The translations under genes were made by a program, and so were the position numbers. A DNA stretch of 64,000 nt from Somniosus microcephalus (taxonomy: Eukaryota), in the NCBI GenBank assembly GCA_052327205.1, contig CM126207.1, positions 279,682,001 through 279,746,000 on the forward strand, written 5' to 3'. The notes beneath the pieces were generated by a model. The model did not search any database and was not told where the DNA came from. It worked only from the letters and a program-made list of their open reading frames with translations. This document shows, piece after piece, positions 49,801 to 63,347 of the stretch (the first letter of the stretch is position 1; every line of letters starts with the position of its first letter).

Positions 49801-52700
49801 CGATCACCCCCGACCGATCGACCCCGATCAATCACCCCCGATCAATCACACCCTGATCAATCACCCCCGATCAATCACCCCCGATCAATCAACCCCCGAT
49901 CAATCACCCCCCGATCAATCACCCCCCGATCAATCACCCCGATCAATCACCCCGATCAATCACCCCCCGATCAATCACCCCCGATCAATCACCCCCCGAT
50001 CAATCACCCCCGATCAATCACCCCCGATCAATCACCCCCCGATCAATCACCCCCGATCAATCACCCCCCGATCAATCACCCCGATCAATCGCCCCCGATC
50101 AATCGCCCCTCGATCAATCGCACCCGATCAATCACCCCGATCAATTGCCCCCCCGATAAATCGGCCACCGATCAATCGCCCCCCGATCAATTGCCCCGAT
50201 CAATTGCCCCAATCAATCGCCCCCGATCAATCGCCCCCGATCAATCACCCCCGATCAATCATCCCCCGATCAACACCCCCATGATCAATCACCGCGATCA
50301 ATCACGCTCCGATCAATCACACCCGATCAATCACCCCCCTGATCAATCACCCCCCGATCAATCACCCCCCGATCGATCACCCCCGACCGATCGACCCCGA
50401 CCAATCACCCCGATCAATCACCCCTGATCATCACCCCCAATCAATCAACCCCCGATCAATCACCCCCCGATCAATCACCCCCGATCAATCACCCCGATCA
50501 ACCACCCCGATCAATCACCCCCCGATCAATCACCCCCGATCAATCACCCCCCGATCAATCATCCCCGATCAATCACCCCCGATCAACCATCCCGATCAAT
50601 CACCCCCCGATCAATCACCCTGATCAAATACCCCCGATCAATCGCCCCCCGATCAATCACCCCCGATCAATCACCCCCGATCAATCACCCCCTGATCAAT
50701 CACCCCCGGTCAATCGCCCCCCGATCAATCACCCTCCGATCAATCACACCCGATCAGTTGCACCCCGATCAATCACCCCCCGATCACCCCCGATCAATCA
50801 CCCTGATCAATCACACCCGATCTATCACACCCGATCAATCACCCCCAATAAATCGCCCACCGATCAATCGCCCCCGATCAATCGCCCCTGATCAATCGCC
50901 TCCCGGTCAATCGCCACCGATCAATCGCCCCCCATCAATTTCCCCCGATCAATCACCCCCGATCAATCACCTCCCGATCAATCACCCCCCAAACAATCAC
51001 CCTCCCATCAATCACCTCCGATCAATCACCCCCGATCAATCACCCCCGATCAATCACCCCCGATCAATCACACCCGATCAATCACCCCGATCAATCACCA
51101 CCGATCAATCAACCCCCGATCAGTCACCGCCCGATCAATCACCCCCGATCAATCACCCCGATCAATCGCCCCCGATAAATCGCCCCCTGATCAATCACCC
51201 CCGATCAATCACCCCCGATCAATCACCCTGATCAATCACCCCGATCAATCAACCCCCGATCAATTACCCCCAATCAATCACCCCCGATTAATCACCCCAA
51301 TTAATCACCCCGATCAATCGCCCCCCCGATCAATCGCCCCCCGATCAGTCACCCCCGATCAATCACCCACCGATCAATCACCCCCGATCAATCGCCCCCC
51401 CGATCAATCGCCCCCAGATCAATCACCCCCCCGATCAATCACCCTAATCAATCACCCCGATCAATCGCCCCCCAATCAATCGCCCCCCGATCAATCCAAC
51501 CCCGATCAATCGTCCCCCGATCAATCACCCCCCCCGATCAATCACCCCAATCAATCACCCCCCGATCAATCACCCCGATCAATCACCCCCGATCAATCAC
51601 CCCCCGATCAATCACCCCCCCGATCAATCACCCCGATCAATCACCCCCCGATCAATCACCCTCGATCAATCACCCCCCGGTCAATCACCCCCCGATCAAT
51701 CACCCCCAATCGATCACCCCCGACCGATCGACCCCGATCAATCACCCCCGATCAATCACCCCCTGATCAATCACCCCCGGTCAATCACCCCCGATCAATC
51801 AACCCCCGATCAATCACCCCCCGATCAATCAGCCCCCGATCAATCCCCCCGATCAATCACCCCCCCAATCAATCACCACCCGAACAATCACCCCGATCAA
51901 TCACCCCGATCAATCACCCCCGATCAATCACCCCCGATCAATCACCCCCCGATCAATCACCCCCGATCAATCACCCCCGATCAATCACCCCCCGCTCAAT
52001 CACCCCCGATCAATCACCCCCCGATCAATCACCCCGATCAATCGCCCCCGATCAATCGCCCCCCGATCAATCGCACCCGATCAATCACCCCGATCAATCG
52101 CCCCCCCGATAAATCGGCCACCGATCAATCGCCCCCCGATCAATCACCCCGATCAATCACCCCCCGATCAATTGCCCCGATCAATTGCCCCAATCAATCG
52201 CCCCCGATCAATCACCCCCCCGATCAATCACCCCCCTGATCAATCACCCCGATCAATCACGCTCCGATCAATCACCCCCGATCAATCACCCCCCTGATCA
52301 ATCACCCCCCGATCAATCACCCCCCGATCGATCACCCCCGACCGATCGACCCCGACCAATCACCCCCGATCAATCACCCCGATCAATCACCCCCGATCAA
52401 TCAACCCCCGATCAATCACCCCCCGATCAATTACCCCCCGATCAATCACCCCGATCAACCATCCCGATCAATCACCCCCCGATCAATCATCCCCGATCAA
52501 TCACCCCCGATCAATCATCCCGATCAATCACCCCCCGATCAATCACCCCGATCAAATACCCCCGATCAATCGCCCCCCGATCAATCACCCCCGATCAATC
52601 ACCCTGATCAATCGCCCCCCGATCAATCACCCCCCGATCAATCGCCCTCCGATCAATCGCCCCCCGATCAATCGCCCCCGATCAATCGCGCCCCCCCCCC
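40897..52700 (+). repeat. 11.8-kb bipartite C-rich satellite: GACCGATCA-C(n) to about 45530, then GATCAATCA-C(n)
   Basis: Seen directly; units of about 12-17 bp with a variable C run. Confidence 0.97.
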
Positions 52701-52841
52701 CTTCCCGGTCACACATACCCAAGCGTCGATGCCTGGGACAGCTAATGAAATTGAAATCATTCTAGAGGCCCAATATTGGGTGAGTCTCGGGCCCCCCCTC
52801 CTCAGGCCCAGTTCAGGCCGGCACTGACGAATTTCCACCCC

Positions 52842-53945
52842 AAAGTGTTGGATACGGAATTGGCTGAGTGACAGGAAACAGAGAGTAGTGGTGAACGGTT
52901 GTTTATCGGACTGGAGGAAGGTATACAGTGGTGTTCCCCAGGGGTCGGTTCTAGGACCACTGCTTTTCTTGCTATATATTAATGACTCAGACCTGGGTGT
53001 ACAGGGCACAATTTCAAAATTTGCAGTTGACACTAAACTTGGAAGTATAGTGAACAGTGAGGAGGATAGTGATAGACTTCAGGAAGACATAGACAGGCTG
53101 ATGGAATGGGCGGACACGTGGCAGATGAAATTTAACGCAGAAAAGTGTGAAGTGATACATTTTGGTAGAAAGAATGAGGAGAGATAATATAAACTAAAGG
53201 GTACAATCCTAAAGGGGGTGCATGAACAGAGAGACCGGGGGGTATATGGGCACAAATCGTTGAAGGTGGCAGGGCAGGTTGAGAAAGCGGTTAAAAAGGC
53301 TTACGGGATCCTGGGCTTCATAAATAGAGGAATAGAGTACAAAAGCAAGGAAGTTATGATGAACCTTTATAAAACACTGGTTCGGCCTCAACTGGAGAAT
53401 TGTGTCCAATTCTGGGCACCGCACTTTAGGAAGGATGCGAAGGCCCGAGAGGGTGCAGAAAAGATTTACGAGAATGATTCCAGGGCTGAGGGACTTCAGT
53501 TACGTGGATAGACTGGAGAAGCTGGGGTTGTTCTCGTTAGAGCAGAGAAGGTTGAGAGGAGATTTGATAGAGGTGTTCAAAATCATGAGGGGTCTGGACA
53601 GAGTAGATAGAGGAAAACTGTTCCCATTGGCGGAAGGGTCGAGAACCAGAGGACACAGATATAAGCTGATTGGCAGAAGATCCAAAGAGGACATGAGGAA
53701 AAACTTTTTTACTCAGCGAGTGGTTATGATCTGGAATGCACTGCCTGAGAGGGAGGTGGAGGCAGATTCAATCCCGGCTTTCAAAAGGGAGTTGGATAAG
53801 TATCTGAAGGAAAGAAATTTGCGGGGCTCCGGGGAAAGGGCGGGAGAGTGGGACTCACTGAAGGGCTCTTGCAGAGAGCCGGCACAGGCTCGACGGGCCG
53901 AATGGCCTCCTGTGCTGTAACCTTTCCATGATTCGATGATTCAAT
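52842..53945 (+). mobile_element. 5'-truncated CR1 LINE
   Basis: SGVPQGSVLGPLLF, FAVDTKL, LVRPQLE, 3' UTR and tail; frameshifted. Confidence 0.93.
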
Positions 53946-54019
53946 GATGCTCACTGGAATGCTGTGGCGCACCAGCGTTGAGACCTGGAGCTCGAAACAG
54001 GAACAGCGTTTGAAAAGGA

Positions 54020-54515
54020 GGCTCATCTGGGCCCCGCCCCTCAGGAAGGATGTATCGGCCTCGGAGGGGGAGCGGCGCAGATTCACCAGAATGATACCGG
54101 GGCTTAAAGGGTCAAATTACGAGGACAGGCTGCACAGACTGGGCCTATATTCCCTTCAATCTCGAAGATTAAGGGGTGATCTAATCGAGGTTTTTAAGAT
54201 AATTAAAAGAGTTGATAGGGTAGAGAGAAACGATTTCCTCTGGTGGGGGGAGTCCAGAACAAGGAGGCAAAACCTTAAAATTAGAGCCAGGCCGTTCAGG
54301 GGTGATGTCAGGAAGCACTTCTTCACACAAAGGGTGGTGGAAATCTGGAACTCTCTCCCCCAAAAAGCTGTTGAGGCTGGGGGTCAATTGGAAATTTCAA
54401 AACTGAGATTGATAGATTTTTGTTGGGTTAGGGTATTAAGGGTTATGGAGTAAAAGGCGGGTAGATGGAGTTAAGACACAGATCAGCCATGATCTCATTG
54501 AATGGCGGAACAAGC
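54020..54515 (+). mobile_element. CR1 LINE 3' fragment
   Basis: RRFTRMIPGL...RRLRGDLIEVFKI...FFTQRVVEIWNSLP. Confidence 0.88.
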
Positions 54516-54537
54516 CCCTCGTACATGAACCCTCAGA

Positions 54538-55886
54538 GCAAAGACCATCCCTCCGATACCCTCACTCCCGGCGAAGTCCATCCCTCCGATACCCTCACTC
54601 TCCCAGCAAAGTCCATCCCTCCAATACCCTCACTCCCCCAGTGAAGTCCATCCCTCCAATACCCTCACTCTCCCGGTGAAGACCATCCCTCCGATACCCT
54701 CACTCTCCCAGCGAAGACCATCCCTCCGATACCCTCACTCCCGGCGAAGTCCATCCCTCCGATACTCTCACTCTCCCAGCGAAGACCATCCCTCCGATAC
54801 CCTCACTCTCCCAGCGAAGTCCATCCCTCCGATACCCTCACTCTCCCAGCGAAGACCATCCCTCCGATACCCTCACTCTCCCAGCAAAGTCCATCCCTCC
54901 GATACCCTCACTCCCAGCGAAGTCCATCCCTCCGATACCCTCACTCTCCCAGCGAAGACCATCCCTCCGATACCCTCACTCCCGGTGAAGTCCATCCCTC
55001 CGATACCCTCACTCTCCTAGCGAAGTCCATCCCTCCGATACCCTCACTCCCGGTGAAGACCATCCCTCCAATACTCTCACTCCCCCAGCGAAGTCCATCC
55101 CTCCGATACCCTCACTCCCCCAGCGAAGACCATCCCTCCGATACCCTCACTCCCCCAGCGAAGACCATCCCTCCGATACTCTCACTCCCCCAGCGAAGAC
55201 CATCCCTCCGATACCCTCACTCCCCCAGCGAAGACCATCCCTCCGATACCCTCACTCCCCCAGCGAAGACCATCCCTCCGATACTCTCACTCCCCCAGCG
55301 AAGACCATCCCTCCGATACTCTCACTCCCCCAGCGAAGACCATCCCTCCGATACCCTCACTCCCGGTGAAGACCATCCCTCCGATACTCTCACTCCCAGC
55401 GAAGTCCATCCCTCCGATACCCTCACTCTCCCAGCGAAGACCATCCCTCCGATACCCTCACTCTCCCAGCGAAGTCCATCCCATTGATACCCTCACTCCC
55501 GGTGAAGACCATCCCTCCAATACTCTCACTCCCCCAGCGAAGACCATCCCTCCGATACTCTCACTCCCCCAGCGAAGACCATCCCTCCGATACCCTCACT
55601 CCCAGCGAAGACCATCCCTCCGATACCCTCACTCCCAGCGAAGACCATCCCTCCGATACCCTCACTCTCCCAGCGAAGACCATCCCTCCGATACCCTCAC
55701 TCCCGGTGAAGACCATCCCTCCGCTACCCTCACTCCCCCAGCAAAGTCCATCCCTCCGATACCCTCACTCCCAGCGAAGACCATCCCCCGATACCCTCAC
55801 TCTCCCAACGAAGACCATCCCTCCGATACTCTCACTCCCCCAGCGAAGTCCATTCCATTGATACCCTCACTCCCGGTGAAGACCAC
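54538..55886 (+). repeat. 33-35-bp minisatellite, about 39 copies
   Basis: Unit CAGCGAAGACCATCCCTCCGATACCCTCACTCCC. Confidence 0.95.
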
Positions 55887-56709
55887 CCCCATTCCTGAGA
55901 TCTGTTTAATATTTACTTTCATTCTTTTTTAATTCATGTTCTGGTCCTAATTCCTTGGAGTATTTTGAAATAATATTTTGGGTTTGCATGTGACTTATTT
56001 ACACGTGAAACGTCTTGTCTCGTCTCTGGGAGATTGATGGATCCGCTGATTCTTTCCAGCATTTTGTGTTTCTCTGATTTACAGCAGGAATGCTGTGTTT
56101 CACGGGATGGGCCGTTCTCTGTATCAACACTGTGGATACAAACACAAACAGACTGATCATGCTTGATCCGGTTATTGTCTCTTTGTCTTGAAAGCCAATA
56201 ATTGAAATATTAATTACCAGACATTCAGGGCTGAGCTCAGCATTGGCCCACGCACTTGTTTATTATAAAGGGTGATGCCAGTGTTGACGGATTTGGACAA
56301 TTACTGTCAATTCCTAATTACAATCTGTCATTACCACCTCCAGGGCAAGCAGCGATAACAAAGCTGCTGGTTGGCTGAGCCGGTTGAAGGGTGGAATCTT
56401 GGGAAGGATGTTTGATGGATGTTCTGGATTCAAAACTAAAGCCCTGTTGAGTTTGCCAAACCGCACTGGAGACAAACAGTCATCTCTGAATAACTACATG
56501 CCTGGGGCATGTGACAAGTTCTGCTCATGCATACGTCAGCTGTTGGATATGTTCTAGGCGTGTTTGTGGCCTTTGGAGACTTATTATCCTTCATTAAACT
56601 GCAGCGATTCAGAGGTGGGATAAACAGCCTGAACTCGGGCCCTGTGGGCTGGGAGCCGAGGCCTGAACTCAGGGCCTGTGGGGCCTGTTGGCTGGAGCTG
56701 CTTTCCAAC

Positions 56710-57142
56710 TGAGTAGATTGGGCCTATACTCTCTGGAGTTTAGAAGAATGAGGGGTGATCTCGTTGAAACATACAAGATTCTGAGGGGGATTGACAGGGT
56801 AGATGCAGGGAGGATGTTTCCCCTGGCTGGGGAGTCTAGAACCAGGGGTCATAGTCTCAGAATAAGGGGTCGGACATTTAGGACTGAGATGTGGAGGAAT
56901 TTCTTCACTCAGAGGGTGGTGAATCTTTGGAATTCTCTACCCCAGAGGGCTGTGGAGGCTCAGTCGTTGAGAATATTCAAGGCTGAGATTGATAGATTTT
57001 TGGACTCTAGGGGAATCAAGGAATATGGGGATTGGGCGGGAATGTGGAGTTGAGGTCGATGATCAGCCATGATCTCATTGAATGGCGGAACAGGCTCGAG
57101 GGGCCGTATGGCCGACTCCTGCTCCCAATTCTTGTGTTCTTA
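56710..57142 (+). mobile_element. CR1 LINE 3' end
   Basis: LGLYSLEFRRMRGDLVETYKI...FFTQRVVNLWNSLP plus 3' UTR. Confidence 0.9.
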
Positions 57143-57730
57143 TAGTCCTGTGCCCCTCAGAGGGGTCACAGTCTCGAGGAATTGTCGTCACACATTGGTT
57201 CTCCAACAGTCCCCAAGCCAAGGTTGCGGAGAACATGACTCCAAGCTTGGAAATTGCTCACACGAATCTCTGAACTTTGGGAAAGATGTCAGCTGGAGGC
57301 CTTGGCTGGAGACAAATAGAAGCCACAAGTCATAAGACTGTTTCTGAGCAGGAGAAGCCCATCCCACCCAGTCCCAGTTACTCACTCCCCCAGCACATTC
57401 CTCTCTCCTCCAACCCAGCTAATTGCCCCTTGAATCCGTTCACACCGCTTGCATCAATATCCTTCCACAACTCAATTACCCTTTCGGTATAAAAAGTTCA
57501 CGTGACTGTCCTTTGAAAGAATGAAGTTCTCCGCGCACCAACAGTTGCTGAACGTAGTGGTCTGCCTGTCGGAGAGCTTACATTATACATCGGACTGTGG
57601 GCCAGAGGCCACTGCCAACCTGAGTGGGTCTGTCGCGTGTTATCGACACTCTGCAGTCATCCATGGAGCGTGCGGTCACGTCACTGGATGCTGTGGCTGG
57701 GCCCTCCCTGCAGGAGTCTGTGACACCAGT

Positions 57731-58140
57731 CACCGCAATGATACTGGCTCCGGGTTTCACCGCAGTGATACTGGCTCCGGGTTTCACCGCAGTGATACTG
57801 GCTCCGGGTTTCACCGCAGTGATACTGGCTCCGGGTTTCACCGCAGTGATACTGGCTCCGGGTTTCACCGCAGTGATACTGGCTCCGGGTTTCACCGCAG
57901 TGATACTGGCTCCGGGTTTCACCGCAGTGATACTGGCTCCGGGTTTCACCGCAGTGATACTGGCTCCGGGTTTCACCGCAGTGATACTGGCTCCGGGTTT
58001 CACCGCAGTGATACTGGCTCCGGGTTTCACCGCAGTGATACTGGCTCCGGGTTTCACCGCAGTGATACTGGCTCCGGGTTTCACCGCAGTGATACTGGCT
58101 CCGGGTTTCACTGCAGTGATACTGGCTCCAGGTTTCACCT
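57731..58140 (+). repeat. Near-perfect 27-bp tandem repeat, about 15 copies, inside a possible decayed Harbinger Myb-gene segment (about 57520-58400)
   Basis: Unit CACCGCAGTGATACTGGCTCCGGGTTT. The flanking peptide only weakly resembles the Myb C-terminal region. Confidence 0.85.
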
Positions 58141-58429
58141 TCGGCACAGGCTGTGCGGAGCGACTGGATAGGAGCCTTAATGGCATCATGGACCTCCTGC
58201 AACCTGCTGTGCCGCAGCCCCACGGGGGTGAACAGTACCCTCTCCTCCCCCGCCACCTCCCTCCACAGCATGAGGAGGGGGCACAGGGAGATCCCACTGT
58301 CCCACCCAGTCCCAGAGCACGAAAGGACAGAGAAGACAGAGCACAGCTGATAGCCAGGGCTTTCAATGACTCACCAAATACCGTCACTTCACAGCTGCCC
58401 ACTCTTCTCCCGCACAGAGACATTTACTG

Positions 58430-58632
58430 TATCCGCCATCCTCCGGTGCGGTTGATGTTGTGTATATGGACTTTCAAAAGGTGTTTAACAAAGTACCTCA
58501 TAGTTATTAAATTAATGCCCATGGGATTAAAGAGACAGTGGCAGCACGGATACAACATTGGCTAAGGGACAGAAAGCAGAGAGTAGTGGTGAGCGGTTGT
58601 TTTTCAGACTGGAGGGAGGTATACAGTGGAGT
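58430..58632 (+). mobile_element. Old CR1 fragment
   Basis: DVVYMDFQK...WLRDRKQRVVV; truncated by the minus-strand CR1. Confidence 0.75.
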
Positions 58633-61263
58633 TACATAGAAACATAGAAACATAGAAGATAGGAGCAGGAGTAGGCCATTCGGCCCCTCGAGCCTGCTCC
58701 GCCATTTAATGAGATCATGGCTGATCATCCAAATTCAGTACCCAGTCCCTGCTTTCTCCCCATATCCCTTGATCCCTTTAGCCTTAAGAAATATACCCAA
58801 CTCCTTCTTGAATATGTTTAATGAATTGGCCTCCACTGCCTTCTGTGGTAGAGAATTCCACAGGTTCACCACTCTCTGTGTGAAGAAATTCCTCCTCATC
58901 TCTGCCCTAAATGGCTTACCCCTTATCTTTAGACTGTGACCCCTGGTTCTGGACTCCCCGGCCATCGGGAACATCCTTCCAGCATCTAGTCTGTCTAGTC
59001 CTGTTAGAATTTTATAAGTTTCGATGAGATCCCCTCTCATTCTTCTAAACTCCAGCGAGTACAAGCCCAATCGACCCAATCTCTCCTCATACGTCATTCC
59101 TGCCATCCCAGGTATCAGCCTGGTGAATCTTTGCTGCACTCCCTCCATGGCAAGAACGTCCTTCCTCAGGTAAGGCGACCAAAACTGCACACAATACTCA
59201 AGATGTGGTCTCACCAAGGCCCTGTACAACTGCAGCAAGACATCCTTGTTCCTGTACACAAACACTCTCGCTATGAAGGCCAACATACCATTTGCCTTCT
59301 TAACTGCCTGCTGCACCTGCATGCTTACTTTCAACGACTGGTGCACAAGGATGCCCAGGTCTCGTTGCACTTCCCCTTCTCCCAACCTATTGCCATTCAG
59401 ATAATAATCTGCCTTCCTGTTTTTGACACCAAAGTGGATAACCTCGCATTTATCCACATTATACTGCATCTGCCATGCATCTGCCCAATCACCCAACCTG
59501 TCCAAATCATACTGGAGTTTCTCGGCATCCTCCTCACAGCACACACGCCCACCCAGCTTTGTGTCGTCTGCAAACTTGGAGATATTACATCTAGTTCCCT
59601 CGTCCAGATCATTAATATATATTGTGAATAGCTGGGGTCCAAGGACCGATCCCTGCGGTGCCCCACTAGTCACTGCCTGCCACTCGGAAAAAGAGCCGTT
59701 TATTCCAACTCTTTGCTATCTGTCTGCCAACCAGCTCTCTATCCAAGTCAATACCTTGCCCCCAATCCCATGTGCCTTAATTTTACACGCTAATCTCTTA
59801 TGCGGGACCTTATCGAAAGTCTTTTGAAAATCCAAATACACCACATCCACTGGTTCTCCCTGATCTATTTTACCAGTTACGTCCTCAAAAAATTCCAGTA
59901 GTTTAGTCAAACACGATTTACCTTTTGTAAATCCATGTTGACTTTGTCCGATCCGGTCACTTTTTTCCAAGTGCTCTGCTATTACATCCTTTATAATGGA
60001 CTCTAGCATTTTCCCCACTACCGATGTCAGGCTTACCGGTCTATGATTCCCCGTTTTCTCTCTACCACCCTTTTTGAATAGTGGGGTTACATTAGCTACC
60101 CGCCAATCCATGGGTACTGTTCCAGAGTCTATCGAATTTTGGAAGATGACCAGCAATGCATCTACTATTTCTAGGGCCACTTCCTTGAGTAACCTAGGAT
60201 GTAGATTATCAGGCCCATGGGATTAATCGGCCCTCAATCCCATCAATTTCCCTAACACCATTTCCCTACAAACACTGATTTCTATCAGTTCCTCCCTTTC
60301 ATTAGACGCTATGTTCCCCGACATCTTTGGAAGGTTATTTGTGTCCTCCTTTGTGAAGACAGAACCAAAGTATGTATTTAATTGGTCTGCCATTTCTTTG
60401 TTCCCCATTATAAATTCCCCTGATTCAGACTGCAAGGGACCTACGCTTGACTTCACCAATCTTTTTCTCTTCACATATCTATAAAAGCTTTTACAGTCAG
60501 TTTTTATGTTCCCTGCAAGCTTACTCGCATGCTCTATTTTCCCCCTCTTAATTAATCCCTTTATCCTCCTTTGTTGAATCCTAAACTGCTCCCAATCCTT
60601 AGGTTTACTGCTTTTTCTGGCCAATTTATATGTCCTCTCCTTGGATCTTATGCTATCCCTAATTTCCCTTGTTAGCCACGGTTGAGTCACCATTTTTGTT
60701 TTATTTTTATGCCAAACTGGGATGAACAAATTCTGTAGTTCATCCATGCGATCTTTAAATGTTTGCCATTGCCCTTCCACCGTCAACCCTTTGAGTGACA
60801 TTCCCCAATCAATCCTACCCAACTCGCACCTCATACCATCGTAGTCTCCTTTATTTAAATTCAGGACCCTCGTCTCTGAGTCAACTATTTCACTCTCCAT
60901 CTTAATAAAAAATTCTCTCATATTATGATCGCTCTGACCCAAGGGGCCTCGCACAACATGATTGCTAATTAATCCTTTCTCATTACATAATACCCAGTCT
61001 AAGATTGCCTGATCTCTAGTTGGTTCCTCGACATATTAGTCCAGGAAACCATCCCGTATACACTCCAGGAATTCCTCCTCCACAGTATTGTTACTAATTT
61101 GGTTAGCCCAATCTATATGTAGATTAAAGTCACCCATGATAACTGCTGTGCCCTTATTGCACGCTTCTCTAATTTCCCGTTTAATGCCATCCCCGACCTC
61201 CGCGTTACTGTTTGGAGGTCTATATACCACTCCCACTAACGTTTTCTGCCCCTTGGTATTTCT

Positions 61264-62892
61264 CATAGAAACATAGAAACATAGAAGATAGGAGCAGGGG
61301 TCGGCCATTCGGCCCTTCGAGCCTGCTCCGCCATTCAATGAGATCATGGCTGATCATCCAAATTCAGTACCCGGTCCCTGCCTTCTCCCCATATCCCTTG
61401 ATCCCTTTAGCCTTCAGAAATATATCCAACTCTTTCTTGAATATATTTAATGAACTGGCCTCCACCGCCCTCTGTGGCAGAGAATTCCACAGGTTCACCA
61501 CTCTCTGGGTGAAGAAATTCCTCCTCATTTCAGTCCTAAATGGCTTACCCCTTATCCTTAGACTATGACCCCTGGTTCTTGACTCCCCGGCCATCAGAAA
61601 CATCCTTCCTGCATCTAGTCTGTCCAGGCCTGACAGAATTTTATAGGTTTCAATGAGATCCCCTCTCAATCTTCTCAACTCCAGTGAGTATAAGCCCAAT
61701 CGACACAATCTCTCTTCATACGTCATTCCTGCCATCCCAGGTATCAGCCTGGTGAATCTTCGCCGCACTCCTTCCATGGCAAGAACATCCTTCCGCAGGT
61801 AAGGCGACCAAAACTGCACACAATACTCAAGGTGCGGTCTCACCAAGGCCCTGTACAACTGTAGCAAGACATCCTTGTTCCTGTACTCGAACCCTCTTGC
61901 TACGAAGGCCAACATACCATTTGCCTTCTTAACCGCCTGCTGCACCTGCATGCTTACCTTCAGCGACTGGTGCACAAGAACACCCAGGTCTCTTTGCACT
62001 TCCCCGTCTCCCAATCTATTGCCATTCAAATAATAATCTGCCTTCCTGTTTTTGCCACCAAAGTGGATAACCTGACATTTATCCACATTATAGTGCATTT
62101 GCCATGTTTCTGCCCAATCACCCAACCTGTCCAAATCGTACTGGAGTTTCACGACATCCTCCTCACAGCTTACCCTCCCACCCAGCTTTGTGTCGTCTGC
62201 AAATTTGGAGATATTACATCCAATTCCCTCGTCCAGATCATTAATATATATTGTGAACAGCTGGGGTCCTAGGACCGATCCTTGCGGTACCCCACTAGTC
62301 ACTGCCTGCCACTCGGAAAATGACCCATTTATTCCAACTCTTTGCTTTCTGTCCGCCAACCAGTTCTCTATCCAAGTCAATACCTTGCCCCCAATCCCAT
62401 GTGCCTTAATTTTGCACGCTAATCTCTTATGTGGGACCTTATCGAAAGCCTTCTGAAAGTCCAAATACACCACATCCACTGGTTCTCCCTTATCTATTTT
62501 ACCAGTTACATCCTCAAAAAATTCCAGTAGATTAGTCAAGCATGATTTACCTTTTGTAAATCCATGTTGACTTTGTCCGATCCTGTCACTGCTTTCCAAG
62601 TGCTGTTACATCTTTTATAATGGACTCTAGCATTTTCCCCACTACCGATGTCAGGCTTACCGGTCTATAATTCCCCGCTTTTTCTCTACCACCTTTTTTG
62701 AATAGTGGGGTAACATTAGCTACCCTCCAATCCATGGGTACTGTTCCAGAGTCTATTGAGTTCTGGAAGATGACCAGCAATGCATCTACTATTTCTAGGG
62801 CCACTTCCTTAAGTACCCTGGGATGTAGATTATCAGGCCCTGGGGATTTATCGGCCTTCAGTCCCATCAATTTTCCTAACACCATTTCCCTA
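61264..62892 (-). mobile_element. Nested 5'-truncated CR1 of the same subfamily
   Basis: Has its own tail and RT (ORF 61364-62599). Removal joins host VESVWVEL to RNTKGQKTLVGVVYRPP. Confidence 0.93.
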
Positions 62893-63347
62893 CAATTCTA
62901 CCCATACAGATTCCACATCATCAGAGCTAATACCCTTCCTTTCAATTGTGTTAGTCCCCTCTTTAACCAGCAATGCTACCCCACCTCCTTTTCCTTTTTG
63001 CCTATCTTTCCTGAATATTGAATACCCCTGGATGTTGAGTTCCCAGCCTTGGCCATCCTTGAGCCACGTTTCCGTAATCCCAATCAAATCATATTCGTTT
63101 ACCTCTATTTGCGCAGCTAATTCATCCACCTTATTACGAATGCTCCTCGCATTAAGACACAAAGCCTTCAGGCTTGTTTTTTTAACGCTCTTAGACCTAT
63201 TAGAATTATTATTTACTGTGGCCACGTTTGATTTAAACTGTTGATTTCTCTGACTGCCACTTTTGTTTTTCTCCTTCCTATCTTTTGCTTTTATCCTTGT
63301 TTCCCTTTCCTCTGTCTCCCCGCTCAGGTTCCCAATCCCCTGCCATT

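Noticed and set aside
56005-56190. Plus-strand splice acceptor followed by a short ATG ORF
   Set aside because: The pyrimidine tract (GCTGATTCTTTCCAGCATTTTGTGTTT) looks like a decayed Penelope-type terminal repeat, and no good donor follows.
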